From an uncultured archaeon (GTDB taxonomy: Archaea; Thermoplasmatota; Penumbrarchaeia; JASLWR01): a stretch of DNA of 64,000 nucleotides. The stretch spans positions 1 through 64,000 of the forward strand of contig CAYFHS010000012.1 of NCBI GenBank assembly GCA_964342815.1, read 5' to 3'. The notes beneath the pieces are model-generated. The model saw only the letters and a program-made list of their open reading frames with translations. It ran no database searches and was not told the origin of the DNA. Both the position numbers and the translations under genes were made by a program. Position 1 is the stretch's first letter. The number at the start of each line of letters is the position of its first letter. Shown here in pieces: positions 9,773 through 20,142 of this stretch.

Positions 9773-10831
9773 TCACTCTAATTTGGCAAGTTCATTTTTC
9801 AACTTATCGATGGCGCTTACGGGAGATGGATCCATTCCTCTTTGGCCGGCAAGATACAGGGATATTATGTCCCCGATATAGAGGCCTGCCATCAATGATT
9901 GAACGGTATTATCACCAGGTAGTTCTAATATCATGGAAGGAATGTTTCTCGATTGAATCAGTTTGCTGGATAAATCGATACGTTTTGCTATTCTTGGCTC
10001 AATATTGTCGTGGGAGAGAAATACCAGAAAATAATTGTTGAAAAGCGGGTCGTCACACCATCCAACCAGCTCGTTGTGGTTCATTTCCGGAATGGTTCCC
10101 CAGTGTGCAAGCTTTTTGCTGTTCTCATTTACTTGGCACATCCATCTTCTTGCAGCGGGAGCCAATTCTGGTGGCGAGTATACCATAAGTAATTTATCTT
10201 CCAGTTCACCGACGATTTTATTTAGTACCGTTTCAGAGCCCGATAGATATGAATTTCGGATGCTTTCCAGTAACGTAATTATATCGTAAGCCATTGCATC
10301 TGCAGGTGTGCGTGAAAGACCCAATATCTCCAATACCCTTAGAACAGGTATTACAAGATAGCCTACCGCAGTTCTTGGCGGCCACCCTTTTGGAATGATT
10401 TGGTGATCGAGTTGATTCTCTTGGCAGATGTCCATCACCTTACCCCCGGACGAAATACCGAAAATACCTGCTTTTCTGTTGATACCTTCCATCATACAGG
10501 ATATCGTTTCCTCGGTGTTACCGGAATAACTTACCAGGATTAGCAGTGTATTCTCACCTATATAATCGGGTAAATGATAGTTTCTCACAACGGAAAACGG
10601 AACCTGGAGTTCGCTGGATAGAAGAGAGGAAACAATATCTCCAGTAATGGCTGAACCCCCCATACCGCACAATACAATGTTTTCGAATTTTCTTCCAGTT
10701 AGATTTTTCGACAAGCTCATTTCAGCACAGATATCCAAGGCTTCCCCGATCTGGTCCGGTAAAGCCATTACGCGATCCAGCATATCATCAGGATCGTTTT
10801 TTTTCAAGTCTCCCAGCATAATAGTCCCCAA
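9773..10831 (-). CDS. Bifunctional phosphoglucose/phosphomannose isomerase (SIS domains)
   Basis: [31 protein letters not shown] and [11 protein letters not shown]. Confidence 0.92.
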   Translation of the reverse strand: MGTIMLGDLKKNDPDDMLDRVMALPDQIGEALDICAEMSLSKNLTGRKFENIVLCGMGGSAITGDIVSSLLSSELQVPFSVVRNYHLPDYIGENTLLILVSYSGNTEETISCMMEGINRKAGIFGISSGGKVMDICQENQLDHQIIPKGWPPRTAVGYLVIPVLRVLEILGLSRTPADAMAYDIITLLESIRNSYLSGSETVLNKIVGELEDKLLMVYSPPELAPAARRWMCQVNENSKKLAHWGTIPEMNHNELVGWCDDPLFNNYFLVFLSHDNIEPRIAKRIDLSSKLIQSRNIPSMILELPGDNTVQSLMAGLYIGDIISLYLAGQRGMDPSPVSAIDKLKNELAKLE

Positions 10832-10989
10832 AATCTTGGTTAATACGTTATTTCCGGGGTTCCTTTATAACGTTTCGGGGAAAATCTCAAAATTTGCCCA
10901 TATGCCTTGTATGCAAAAACCATAATTCACCAATATTTTTTTTTACCAAAAGTCCCTTTAGTGGAATTCTCCCCAGAAATGGTGATACG

Positions 10990-12144
10990 ATGAACTTTGA
11001 GCTGACACCATACCAAAAGATGATTCGAAAAGTGGCCCGTGAGTTTGCAGAGACAGAGGTCAAACCTATTGCGTCAGAATACGACGAACTGCAGAAATTT
11101 CCCTGGGATACAGTAAAAAAAATGGGAAAACTCGGCTTGCTCGGCATAATATTTCCGCAGAAATACGGCGGCGCAGGAGCGGATTATATCAGCTATGCAA
11201 TAGGTGTGGAAGAACTTTCTAGGGTATGCGGATCACACGGCATTACAATGGCGGCCCACGTTTCACTCTGCTCTAACCACATCTATATGTGTGGTACAGA
11301 AGAACAGAAAATGAAGTATCTTGTACCGCTGGCGAAGGGTGAGAAGATCGGAGCATGGGGCCTTACCGAGCCTGGGGCCGGAAGCGATGCGAGCGGTACG
11401 AAGACAACGGCGGTATTGGACGGTGACGAGTGGGTACTGAACGGCTCAAAGATATTCATTACGCACGGCAGTGTAGGCGATATAGCTATAGCATTGGCCA
11501 TCACCGATAAGTCAAAAGGTCACCGCGGAATAAGCTCATTCATCGTAGAGAAGGGAACCAAAGGATTTAGCGCGGGAACGAAAGAAAACAAGCTGGGTCT
11601 TCGTGCCAGCGATACTGCTGAGATGGTCTATCAGAACTGCCGGATTCCGAAGGAGAACCTGCTGGGGAATCTGGGTGATGGATTCGTGGATGCTCTCCGT
11701 GTTCTCGATGGCGGCCGGATCAGTATCGGTGCGCTTGGTTTGGGGATCGCGCAGGGCGCCTACGAGGAAAGCGTGAAATACGCAAAGGAGCGCGAGCAGT
11801 TCGGAAAACCAATCGCGAGTTTCCAATCCGTACAGAACATGCTTGCTGACATGGCCATGGAGATCGATGCCGCGAGATTATTATTGTACCGGGCGGCCTA
11901 CTGGAAAAGCAAGGGGAAAAAGGTGACCCGGGAGGGGGCAATGGCAAAATTGTACTGCTCGGAAGTGGCTATGAAGACTACCACAAAGGCCATACAGATC
12001 CACGGAGGATACGGATATACAAAAGATTATCCGGTGGAGAGGTTTTTCAGGGATGCAAAGTTGTGCGAGATCGGCGAAGGGACCTCAGAGATACAGCGTT
12101 TGGTGATAGCAAGAGAAGTGATACGAGGTGTTGTGGCACCGTAA
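10990..12144 (+). CDS. Acyl-CoA dehydrogenase
   Basis: [30 protein letters not shown] and [16 protein letters not shown] Shine-Dalgarno precedes ATG 10990. Confidence 0.95.
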   Translation: MNFELTPYQKMIRKVAREFAETEVKPIASEYDELQKFPWDTVKKMGKLGLLGIIFPQKYGGAGADYISYAIGVEELSRVCGSHGITMAAHVSLCSNHIYMCGTEEQKMKYLVPLAKGEKIGAWGLTEPGAGSDASGTKTTAVLDGDEWVLNGSKIFITHGSVGDIAIALAITDKSKGHRGISSFIVEKGTKGFSAGTKENKLGLRASDTAEMVYQNCRIPKENLLGNLGDGFVDALRVLDGGRISIGALGLGIAQGAYEESVKYAKEREQFGKPIASFQSVQNMLADMAMEIDAARLLLYRAAYWKSKGKKVTREGAMAKLYCSEVAMKTTTKAIQIHGGYGYTKDYPVERFFRDAKLCEIGEGTSEIQRLVIAREVIRGVVAP

Positions 12145-12168
12145 ATTATTTTTTCTACAAGAAGATAA

Positions 12169-12568
12169 GCTTGGAAGAAAAAGATACAAAATGCAGGGAT
12201 CACGATTAAATAAAACAATTTAATCTTAATCACGAATTTCCTTGAAATTCGCTCAAAGCCAAGCTTGGCCAATAGCGTTGTAACCTTCGCTAACGCTCGG
12301 GTCCCAACTCACTTCCGAACAAGGGTGTTCGGAATCGGGACCCGTCGGCCACGCTTGGAAGAAAAAGAAACAAAATGCAGGGATCACGATTAAATAAAAC
12401 AATTTAATCTTAATCACTAATTTCCTTGAAATTCGCTCATAGCTAAGCTTGGCCAATAACGTTGTAACCTTCGCTAATGCTCAGGTCACAACTGACTGCC
12501 GAACAAGTTTGTTCGAAAGCGGGATCCGTCGGCCACGCTTGGAAGAAAAAGAAACAAAATGCAGGGAT
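12169..12568 (+). repeat. Tandem 184-bp repeat (2 full copies plus a partial third running into tRNA-Leu), rich in inverted repeats
   Basis: GCTTGGAAGAAAAAGA begins at 12169, 12353 and 12537, an exact 184-bp period. Copies are highly similar with scattered substitutions. Confidence 0.95.
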
Positions 12569-12678
12569 AGCCAAGCTTGGCCAACGGCGCAGGACTTAAG
12601 ATCGTAGTCAAAAAAGGGTGTACTGCGCTGGGACATCCTGTCCTTAGTGGTTCGTGGGTTCAAATCCCACTCCCTGCA
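12561..12678 (+). tRNA. tRNA-Leu(TAA) with a 34-nt intron at 37/38 (intron 12601-12634)
   Basis: Acceptor GCAGGGA/TCCCTGC+A. Anticodon arm CAGGA-CTTAAG^A-TCCTG after intron removal. Variable arm present, T-arm GTGGGTTCAAATCCCAC. BHB-like fold CTTA/TGGG. Confidence 0.93.
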
Positions 12679-12800
12679 TCATTTTTTTACCGTAGGGGAA
12701 AAAATGGGCAGGTGCAGGAGAGCCCGAACAGGACTCTGGATCATGATGAGCACTTGTACTTTTTTCAAAAAAAGCACAACTATATCAATAATAATAACTT

Positions 12801-12831
12801 AAAAAACAAAAATACAAAAAAGAAGAAAAAA
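12801..12831 (-). terminator. Oligo-T tract, probable terminator of the rps12-rps10 operon
   Basis: Long A-run on + (T-run on -) about 45 nt after the rps10 stop. Confidence 0.5.
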
Positions 12832-12873
12832 GGACGGATCTAATACTAACCCGCCCGTTATAAAAATAATTGA

Positions 12874-13185
12874 TCAGCCTTTCAAAACGATCTCGATGTT
12901 GACCCCATCGGGAACCTGAATTCTCATCAGTTGCCTTAGAGCCCTTTCATCGGCCTCCAGGTCAATGAGTCTTTTGTGAATTCGCATGGTCCAGTGTTCA
13001 TACGTTTCGGTTCCTTCCCCGTCGGGGCTTTTTCTGCAGGGCACCACAAGTTTTTTGGTGGGAAGCGGGATAGGCCCGCTTATGGGAACGCCTGTTTTGA
13101 TAGAAATCTCTTTTATCTGATTGCAAACGTCATCCACGTGTTGTGGATCCGTTCCCGATAAAGATATTCTTGCCTTAGCTACCAT
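12874..13185 (-). CDS. rps10: 30S ribosomal protein S10 (uS10)
   Basis: [26 protein letters not shown] and MRIHKRLID. Confidence 0.98.
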   Translation of the reverse strand: MVAKARISLSGTDPQHVDDVCNQIKEISIKTGVPISGPIPLPTKKLVVPCRKSPDGEGTETYEHWTMRIHKRLIDLEADERALRQLMRIQVPDGVNIEIVLKG

Positions 13186-13218
13186 GCGTACCCTCTACCG
13201 AAATAAAATCAAAAAAGA

Positions 13219-14511
13219 TCAGGTCTCAAGTTTCTCTAATATCTTGATGCAAACACCTGCTGCAACGGTCTGACCCATGTCCCTTATGGCAAAGCTTGAA
13301 AGTTGTTTTACTTTCTGCTGTTCCTCGATCACCATGGGTCTTGTGGGAGTGATCTCCACGATGGCCGCTTGACCGGTCTTTAGGAAATCCGGGTTCTCCT
13401 CTGCCACTGCGCCGGTTCTCGGGTCCAGCCTTGCCAGCAGTTTCGAGAACCTGCAGGCGATCTGGCAGGTGTGAGCGTGAAACACAGGTGTATAACCTTC
13501 CGTAATCACGTTGGGATGATTGATAACCATCACCTGTGCCTTGAATTTCTTGGCCACACTCGGTGGGTTGTCAATAGGACCGGCAACGTCTCCGCGGCGA
13601 ATGTCTTTCTTACCAATTCCCCTCAGATTGAAGCCAACGTTATCCCCCACATGTGCTTCGTCTACCATTTCGTGATGCATCTCGATGCTTCGAACCTCTC
13701 CCACGACTCCACCGTATCGTCTCGAGGGAACGATGGATACCTTGTCGCCGGGTTTCAGCATTCCGGTTTCGATCCTGCCTACTGGGACAGCACCTACACC
13801 GGTGATATTGTAAACATCCTGTACTGGCAGCCTGAGAGGCATGTTGTCCAACGGTTGCGGCGGCTTCAGGTTGTCCAATGCTTTCAGGAATGTTCCTCCA
13901 CTGAACCAGCTAGTATTGTCCGATGGCCCGGCGACGTTGTCTCCCTTAAGCGCAGATACAGGGACTATGGCTACCGAATCCGGTCTGTAGCCCACCATTG
14001 GAAGCATTTTCTTCAGTTCGCCAGACACCTTCTGAAATATCTTCTCGTCATATGGTGTGGAGGTTGCGTCCATTTTATTGATGGCAATGATCAGTTGACC
14101 GACACCCAGCACCTTGGCGAGCCATAAGTGCTCCTTGGTCTGGGCCATGATCCCTTCCGGGCCGGCCACAACGAGAACACCGGCATCCGCCTGGGATGTA
14201 CCAGTTATCATGTTCTTCACGAAATCCCGGTGACCCGGGGCGTCGATGATGGTGAAGTAGAATTTGTCCGTATCGAATCTCTTGTGTGCCACGTCAATGG
14301 TCACACCGCGCTCTCTTTCTTCTTTCAATCCATCCATTACGTAGGCGAATTCGAATCCTGGTTTTCCCCGTTCTATCGCTTCTTTTCTGTATTTTTCTAT
14401 AACATGGGGCGATATGCTTCCGGAATCCAGAAGGAGTCTCCCAACTAGTGTGGATTTGCCGTGGTCAACGTGGCCTATGAAGACCAGATTGATATGTGGT
14501 TTTTCTCCCAT
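13219..14511 (-). CDS. tuf: Translation elongation factor EF-1 alpha
   Basis: [37 protein letters not shown] and [13 protein letters not shown]. Confidence 0.98.
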   Translation of the reverse strand: MGEKPHINLVFIGHVDHGKSTLVGRLLLDSGSISPHVIEKYRKEAIERGKPGFEFAYVMDGLKEERERGVTIDVAHKRFDTDKFYFTIIDAPGHRDFVKNMITGTSQADAGVLVVAGPEGIMAQTKEHLWLAKVLGVGQLIIAINKMDATSTPYDEKIFQKVSGELKKMLPMVGYRPDSVAIVPVSALKGDNVAGPSDNTSWFSGGTFLKALDNLKPPQPLDNMPLRLPVQDVYNITGVGAVPVGRIETGMLKPGDKVSIVPSRRYGGVVGEVRSIEMHHEMVDEAHVGDNVGFNLRGIGKKDIRRGDVAGPIDNPPSVAKKFKAQVMVINHPNVITEGYTPVFHAHTCQIACRFSKLLARLDPRTGAVAEENPDFLKTGQAAIVEITPTRPMVIEEQQKVKQLSSFAIRDMGQTVAAGVCIKILEKLET

Positions 14512-14621
14512 AATAATTACCTCACTAATTTTTTGCCGGTAAATAGCATTACCGTTTATATAACTTTTTATATCGATTGAATTATTGTTCGTGCCAGTTT
14601 ACAGCAACAGTAATTTTCGGA

Positions 14622-16814
14622 TCAGCTCCCATAGTAAGATGGTGAGGGCGGCTGCGGCTTCAATCCCTTCCGTGTCCTGATTGCCGTAACGATCTCCTCT
14701 TGGAGATGGAAAGGCAGGCTTTCAAATCCCTTGAATTCGGTGGTCCACAACGCTCTGCCCTGGGTCGCGCTCCTAACCGAAGATGAGAAACCGAACATTT
14801 CGGCCACGGGAGCTCTTGCAATTATTGTGGTCATGTCTCCTTCGGCATTCATCTCCAGGATATTTGCCCTTCTCTGTCCCAGTTCCTTCGACATTGCACC
14901 CATGTAATCCTGAGGTGCGGTTATGAATGCGTCGACTATAGGTTCAGTCAGCATTGTTCCCACGGTCATCATTGAACCGTAGATAGCTGACCGTACTGCA
15001 GGAATAATCTGTGCGGGTCCGCGGTGAATTGCATCCTCGTGCAGGTTTGCATCCATCAGCTTTACCTTTACCTTGTTAACTCTCTCTCTCGATAATGGAC
15101 CTAATGCCATAGCCTCCTTGAAAGCGTCAATGACCAGTTCCTTCGTTTCGTGCAAGTACTGAACTCCCCTGGATGCATTGACGAGAAGGTTATTTCCAAA
15201 TGCCGCATAGGCACCCTTCGCTTCGATTTTCGGTATACCCATCTTTACAAGCTCCTTGGAAACTGTCTTGGTCTTCAGCTTGCCTTGGGGAATATCGCCG
15301 TTCTTTATAGCCTTATAGACTTCATCCTCAAGCGGGAGAACCTCAATATAGAACTTGTTATGTTTATTAGGTGACTTTCCCTCGAACTGGGGACTTTGTT
15401 GGGTGACCGTTTCCCTGTAAACCACAATGGGCTCCGAGGTGATTATGGGAATTCCCTGTTCCTTCTCGATGCGGTATTCGGTGATCTCCAGATGCAGTTC
15501 ACCCATGCCTGAAAGCAAGTGCTCCCCCGTCTCCTGATTGATCTCCACCTGCAGTGAAGGATCTGCCTTGGCTACACTCCTGAGCACTTCAATGAGCTTC
15601 GGAAGGTCCTTCATCTGTTTCGCTTCGATTGCAACAGTTACAACCGGTTCGGACACGTGGATTATACGTTCGAATGGAATTATATCCTCGACAGAAGCCA
15701 CAGTGGAACCGGCAACTGCCTGTTTCAGACCGCTTACGGCTATGATGTTCCCTGCGGAAGCTTCCTCCACTGTAATCCGGTCCGAGCCTACGAATACGCT
15801 TACCAACTGTACCCGGGATGTACCAGGCATTCCGATGGTATAAAGGGTATCTCCTCTCTTGACCTTCCCGGAGAATAGGCGGCCGGTTGCGATCTCACCA
15901 GCATGTTTGTCCATGACGATCTTTGTGATCATAAGAACGGTCTCTCCGCTCTCCTTGCAAAGATACATGGTCTGACCCAGATCGGAATCCAATTCCCCTT
16001 TCCATATCTTCGGAATTCTCTCTTTCTGTGCAACCAGGGGTGAGGGAAGATGTTTAATGATCATATTCAGCAGCACTTCATGAACCGGAGCCTTCTTTGC
16101 CAAGCTCCGCTGGTCGTTCTTCGCGCAATAATTATAGATATCTTTGAAACTGATCCCGCTCTGTTTCATATAAGGGACCGATATGGCCCAGTTATAATAG
16201 GCTGAGCCGAAGGCAACCGCACCATCTTCCACCTTTACAATCCAGTCGGCCTTGTGTTCCTTGGGTACGTTTTTCGAGATTAGTGAATTCACCTGGCCTA
16301 TAATCTTGATAAAGCGGGACTGCATCTCTTGCTCCGTAACTTTCAGCTCATTTATCAACCGGTCCACCTTGTTAATGAACAGCACCGGTTTAACCCTTTC
16401 CCGGAGTGCTTGGCGGACCACCGTTTCGGTCTGAGGCATTGCGCCCTCCACGGCACATGCTACTATGACGCAGCCGTCAACTGCCCTCATGGCCCTGGTC
16501 ACGTCTCCTCCAAAATCCACGTGGCCCGGCGTATCGATCAGGTTGATAAGATACTCGTTATTATAGAACTCATGAACCATGGAAACGTTTGCAGCGTTTA
16601 TAGTAATTCCCCTTGCTTGTTCCTGTTCGTCAAAATCCAGGAGCAGTTGTTTCCCGGCAAGCTCTTCGGACATCATGCCCGCGCCAGCGATGAGATTATC
16701 GCTCAGGGTGGTCTTACCGTGATCAATGTGCGCGGCGATACCAATGTTCCTGATGAATCTCGGGGTTTTCATGAGTTTTTGCGCCTTTTTTACGTTTTCT
16801 TCCTTTCGTCCCAT
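14622..16814 (-). CDS. fusA: Translation elongation factor EF-2
   Basis: AHIDHGKTT, RGITI, DTPGHVDF, NKVD and intact diphthamide loop HEDAIHRGPAQ. GGTGA SD precedes ATG 16814. Confidence 0.98.
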   Translation of the reverse strand: MGRKEENVKKAQKLMKTPRFIRNIGIAAHIDHGKTTLSDNLIAGAGMMSEELAGKQLLLDFDEQEQARGITINAANVSMVHEFYNNEYLINLIDTPGHVDFGGDVTRAMRAVDGCVIVACAVEGAMPQTETVVRQALRERVKPVLFINKVDRLINELKVTEQEMQSRFIKIIGQVNSLISKNVPKEHKADWIVKVEDGAVAFGSAYYNWAISVPYMKQSGISFKDIYNYCAKNDQRSLAKKAPVHEVLLNMIIKHLPSPLVAQKERIPKIWKGELDSDLGQTMYLCKESGETVLMITKIVMDKHAGEIATGRLFSGKVKRGDTLYTIGMPGTSRVQLVSVFVGSDRITVEEASAGNIIAVSGLKQAVAGSTVASVEDIIPFERIIHVSEPVVTVAIEAKQMKDLPKLIEVLRSVAKADPSLQVEINQETGEHLLSGMGELHLEITEYRIEKEQGIPIITSEPIVVYRETVTQQSPQFEGKSPNKHNKFYIEVLPLEDEVYKAIKNGDIPQGKLKTKTVSKELVKMGIPKIEAKGAYAAFGNNLLVNASRGVQYLHETKELVIDAFKEAMALGPLSRERVNKVKVKLMDANLHEDAIHRGPAQIIPAVRSAIYGSMMTVGTMLTEPIVDAFITAPQDYMGAMSKELGQRRANILEMNAEGDMTTIIARAPVAEMFGFSSSVRSATQGRALWTTEFKGFESLPFHLQEEIVTAIRTRKGLKPQPPSPSYYGS

Positions 16815-16909
16815 TTCATCACCTGTGGGTCTGTCAACTAACAATAATATTCAAGTTAATAATTTGATTGAAAAATGAAAAATAACTTTACCGGTCCCTC
16901 TTAACTTCA

Positions 16910-17527
16910 CTACCTTGCCGATGCTGCTATCCTCTCGTATTCATTTTTCTTCGATACGGCAAAGGATGTTGTATCGCCCTTGGAAGCCTTGAGTAATTCC
17001 GTGGCCAGACATTCCGCAGCGGATTTCTTATTTTTCACCGTGGCAGAGACGGCACCCTTTGAAAGGTTTCTCAGGCCTATATCCAGTCTTCTCGACGGTG
17101 ATGTGTCAACCGCCTTAGGAATGGAAATACCGCCAAATCTCAATCTTGTCGCCTCTTCTCTGGGAGCGGAGTTCTCAATAGCAACAACCAATGTCTGGAT
17201 AGGATTGGATTTCGTCTTTGAGTTAATTATGGAAAATGCATCCCTTACAACCCTGTAAGCCTTCGATTTCTTTCCGGTATAATGTTCGCTCCTCATCACG
17301 TTGTTGATGAGCCTTTCAACTATGGAAACCTTTTCCTTGCCAAATCGCTTGTTGGCGTATCTTGCGCTTCCGTGAAGCACTGCAGTGGGTTTAAGATTAA
17401 TATACCTCTTCAGACTTGGGTCCTCAACGACCACTTCCGTGAGATCCCATTTCTCGAAAACCAGGAAGTTGGCAACTTTTTCATCGCTCTTTTTGTCAGT
17501 TCCTTCTTTTTTTGAAGCCATATCCAT
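16910..17527 (-). CDS. rps7: 30S ribosomal protein S7 (uS7)
   Basis: SIVERLIN, NPIQ, APREE and AVDTSPSRRLD. Confidence 0.97.
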   Translation of the reverse strand: MDMASKKEGTDKKSDEKVANFLVFEKWDLTEVVVEDPSLKRYINLKPTAVLHGSARYANKRFGKEKVSIVERLINNVMRSEHYTGKKSKAYRVVRDAFSIINSKTKSNPIQTLVVAIENSAPREEATRLRFGGISIPKAVDTSPSRRLDIGLRNLSKGAVSATVKNKKSAAECLATELLKASKGDTTSFAVSKKNEYERIAASAR

Positions 17528-17556
17528 ACCTGCCGCTTCGAATACATCAATGAATA

Positions 17557-17985
17557 TTATCTTATCGGTTTCTCTTTCCTACCCCTTACCAGCTCTTCCA
17601 GGGAAACGCCGTTTACCTGAATAACCTTGAACCGTACCCCAGGGATGTCTCCCTTGGCACGACCCTTACTTCCCCCGATCCCCTCCACGAGAATCTCGTC
17701 GTGCTCATCAATAAAGTTGATTGCGCCTTCACCCACGGCAAACGCAGTTATCTGGCGGCCGTTCTTTATGAGTTGAACCTTTACGCATTTCCTGATGGCC
17801 GAATTGGGCTGTTTGGCCTCCACACCTACCTTCTCTAACACGATCCCCCTTGCCTGGGCCGATCCTTCGAGCGGGTCCGCTTTCTCCTTCAGTTTCAACA
17901 TCCTTCTCTTGTAGTACCGATCGCTCCACCGGTTCTTCTTCCGGCTCTTTTTGATCTGTCTTCCGGCATAAAGCCCCTTAGCCAT
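17557..17985 (-). CDS. rps12: 30S ribosomal protein S12 (uS12)
   Basis: [28 protein letters not shown] and [10 protein letters not shown]. True start is ATG 17985. Confidence 0.98.
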   Translation of the reverse strand: MAKGLYAGRQIKKSRKKNRWSDRYYKRRMLKLKEKADPLEGSAQARGIVLEKVGVEAKQPNSAIRKCVKVQLIKNGRQITAFAVGEGAINFIDEHDEILVEGIGGSKGRAKGDIPGVRFKVIQVNGVSLEELVRGRKEKPIR

Positions 17986-18189
17986 AAAATCACCCCAACC
18001 GAGTATACAACACAGCAATAGCAGCATCATATTTGTAGTCAATCAACCTATAATGTTTTCATTTTGAAAATCCATTCCAGGGTTTCGGGTTTAATATTTT
18101 TATCTTATTTATACTCTTTCCACTCATTCGTTCAGGGTTGAATATTAACTAATTGGACAAACTTTGACCGAAAGTCGAAGTTTGACCAA

Positions 18190-18236
18190 TTGATAATGTT
18201 CGCGGAATCAGGGCGAGGGGGCCGATTCCGCTGAAT
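18190..18236. repeat. Short copy of a dispersed palindromic (REP-like) element
   Basis: TTGATAATGTTCGCGGAATC (20 nt) and GGGCCGATTCCGCTGAAT (18 nt) are exact reverse complements of 42309-42328 and 42214-42231. Confidence 0.85.
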
Positions 18237-18253
18237 TTTAGTCAATGTATCCC

Positions 18254-19933
18254 TTAAATTCTATTTTTGACTATTTCGAGTATCTCATCCACTGAACTAT
18301 CACATATCTCCAAGAGCAAAGTGGTTTCCCGGGCCGCTCTGATGGTAAATTTATCATCAGTTATGGAACCCAGGTTGATCTGAACATTATATGCAGCCCC
18401 CTTTATTCCTGCTTGCGCCATGAGAAGCGAGACGGCCACGTCGGACATCGTGCCTACTAATCCATGCTGTGCCATAAATCTTATCAGCGGCAATATTTCA
18501 ACGCATTTTTTCATGACGTTCAATGGAACCGTGGCAGCCATAATATATGCTTCGTTGATAGCAGTGGATCTAAGTCTTATGTCCTCTTCGTCCGCCTTAG
18601 GCATTCTTACAGCATCTATTACGGACTTGAATGCCATTGAATCCTCGTCAATCATATCTTTTAATTCCTTGATCGTTTTCTGAATCTCCAAGGTACTTTT
18701 ACGGAAATATTCTTGCTCTTTTACTGACATTTTCTTTATTTTATTTGAGTTAATCGTGAGATTGCCCACCATGGATACAAGTGCTGCCGCCAGAGAACAT
18801 GAGAGAGCTGCCACACTTCCACCTCCCGGGGATGGGGAATCGATACTTACCTCGTCAATGAAACGCTTTACTGGCATGTTACCAAGGGGTTTGGGTTTCT
18901 TTAATAGGAACTCGATGATCTTTTTTTCAGGAACGAATGCACCCACCTCATCCAGCCCCATGCAGTTTCTAGCCACCTCTATCAACACCCCTTCAGGGAC
19001 CCCCGGAAATTTGTTTTGCTTTCTCAAATAATGCCGACCGGCCTCCAGGATTGCTCTTTTGGGGACAAGGCCGATCATCTCACTTCCCGATACCTTAGTC
19101 CCTAGTTCGGAGGCTACCAACTCACAGGCATCGAATACTTCGTGGAGAGGTGTGATGTTGAAATTCGTCAGATTGATGGATATCTGTGCTTTATCGTACT
19201 CTTCAATGTACCAACCAACTGCACGTACGTTCTTTAGCATACCGTGGGCTCTGATAACCTTCCCGTTCTCGTCCCGTAGGATATTTCCACCAGAGTCACG
19301 CTTGGCAACTCCTGATTCTCTTATCTTTTCGGCTATTTTCTGGGCTAGTTCTTTGTCCTTGGAATCGATATTGACGTTGTATGCTATGAGGAACTCTCTA
19401 GCCCCCATTGTTGTGCAGCCGGACCTAGGATTGAACTTTTGAGGGCCGAAGTCCGGCGCCCACTCTTCTTTAAGTATTTTCTCTCTGAACCCTTCATATT
19501 CCCCGGATCTAATATATGCAAGACTTCTTCTCTCAGGTACAGTTGCGGAATTCTCATAAAGGTATACTGGTATCCCAAGCTCACTACCGATACGTTCCCC
19601 GACTTCACGCGATATCTGGACGCATTCTTCCATGGTAATACCTGAAACGGGGATAAAGGGAAATACATCTGCAGCACCCATGCGTGGATGCTCACCATGA
19701 TGCACAGCCATATCTATCACCTGTTGGGCCATATTTACTGCTCTAAAAGCGGCTTCCTTTACTCCCTCCGGGGAACCGACGAATGTAACGACGGTCCTGT
19801 TTGTCGCTGCTCCGGGATCCACATTTATCACTTTCACCGCAGGAACTTCGTTTATTGCCTCTGTAATCATCTTGATCTTCTCAAGATCTCTCCCTTCACT
19901 GAAATTGGGAACGCATTCCACGATCTTCTTCAT
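18254..19933 (-). CDS. ftcd: Bifunctional glutamate formimidoyltransferase / formiminotetrahydrofolate cyclodeaminase
   Basis: ECVPNFSEGR, GEHPRMGAAD and GAREFLIAYN, then cyclodeaminase domain SPSPGGGSVAAL. Confidence 0.95.
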   Translation of the reverse strand: MKKIVECVPNFSEGRDLEKIKMITEAINEVPAVKVINVDPGAATNRTVVTFVGSPEGVKEAAFRAVNMAQQVIDMAVHHGEHPRMGAADVFPFIPVSGITMEECVQISREVGERIGSELGIPVYLYENSATVPERRSLAYIRSGEYEGFREKILKEEWAPDFGPQKFNPRSGCTTMGAREFLIAYNVNIDSKDKELAQKIAEKIRESGVAKRDSGGNILRDENGKVIRAHGMLKNVRAVGWYIEEYDKAQISINLTNFNITPLHEVFDACELVASELGTKVSGSEMIGLVPKRAILEAGRHYLRKQNKFPGVPEGVLIEVARNCMGLDEVGAFVPEKKIIEFLLKKPKPLGNMPVKRFIDEVSIDSPSPGGGSVAALSCSLAAALVSMVGNLTINSNKIKKMSVKEQEYFRKSTLEIQKTIKELKDMIDEDSMAFKSVIDAVRMPKADEEDIRLRSTAINEAYIMAATVPLNVMKKCVEILPLIRFMAQHGLVGTMSDVAVSLLMAQAGIKGAAYNVQINLGSITDDKFTIRAARETTLLLEICDSSVDEILEIVKNRI

Positions 19934-20142
19934 AAGATAAACTCCATGAGATTTTTTGTTTCAAATCATGATATTTGTATCATTGGAAAATGAAAGAGTT
20001 TTGCCTAGAATGGGTATTGTTTGGTCTGATATATTATTTATGCTGAAATCTTTTCCCATGGCCAATATTGGTGGGAGCTTCATTACCTCTGGCTACTATA
20101 TATCCCGTACATTTAAATATCAGTGCAGGGTTCTTACGGATT

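Noticed and set aside
12191-12365. Extra functional split or multi-intron tRNA-Leu in the repeat units
   Set aside because: Removing the inserts gives only the 5' ~24-28 nt of the tRNA; no anticodon, T-arm or 3' acceptor strand follows.
12169-12568. CRISPR array
   Set aside because: Units are 184 bp and near-identical throughout, with no short repeat/unique spacer pattern and no cas genes.
12700-12780. C/D box sRNA (ATGATGA near 12743) or tRNA-Ser after rps10
   Set aside because: No CTGA D-box at a suitable distance and no cloverleaf; only one hairpin (AGAGCCC/GGACTCT) between convergent transcripts.
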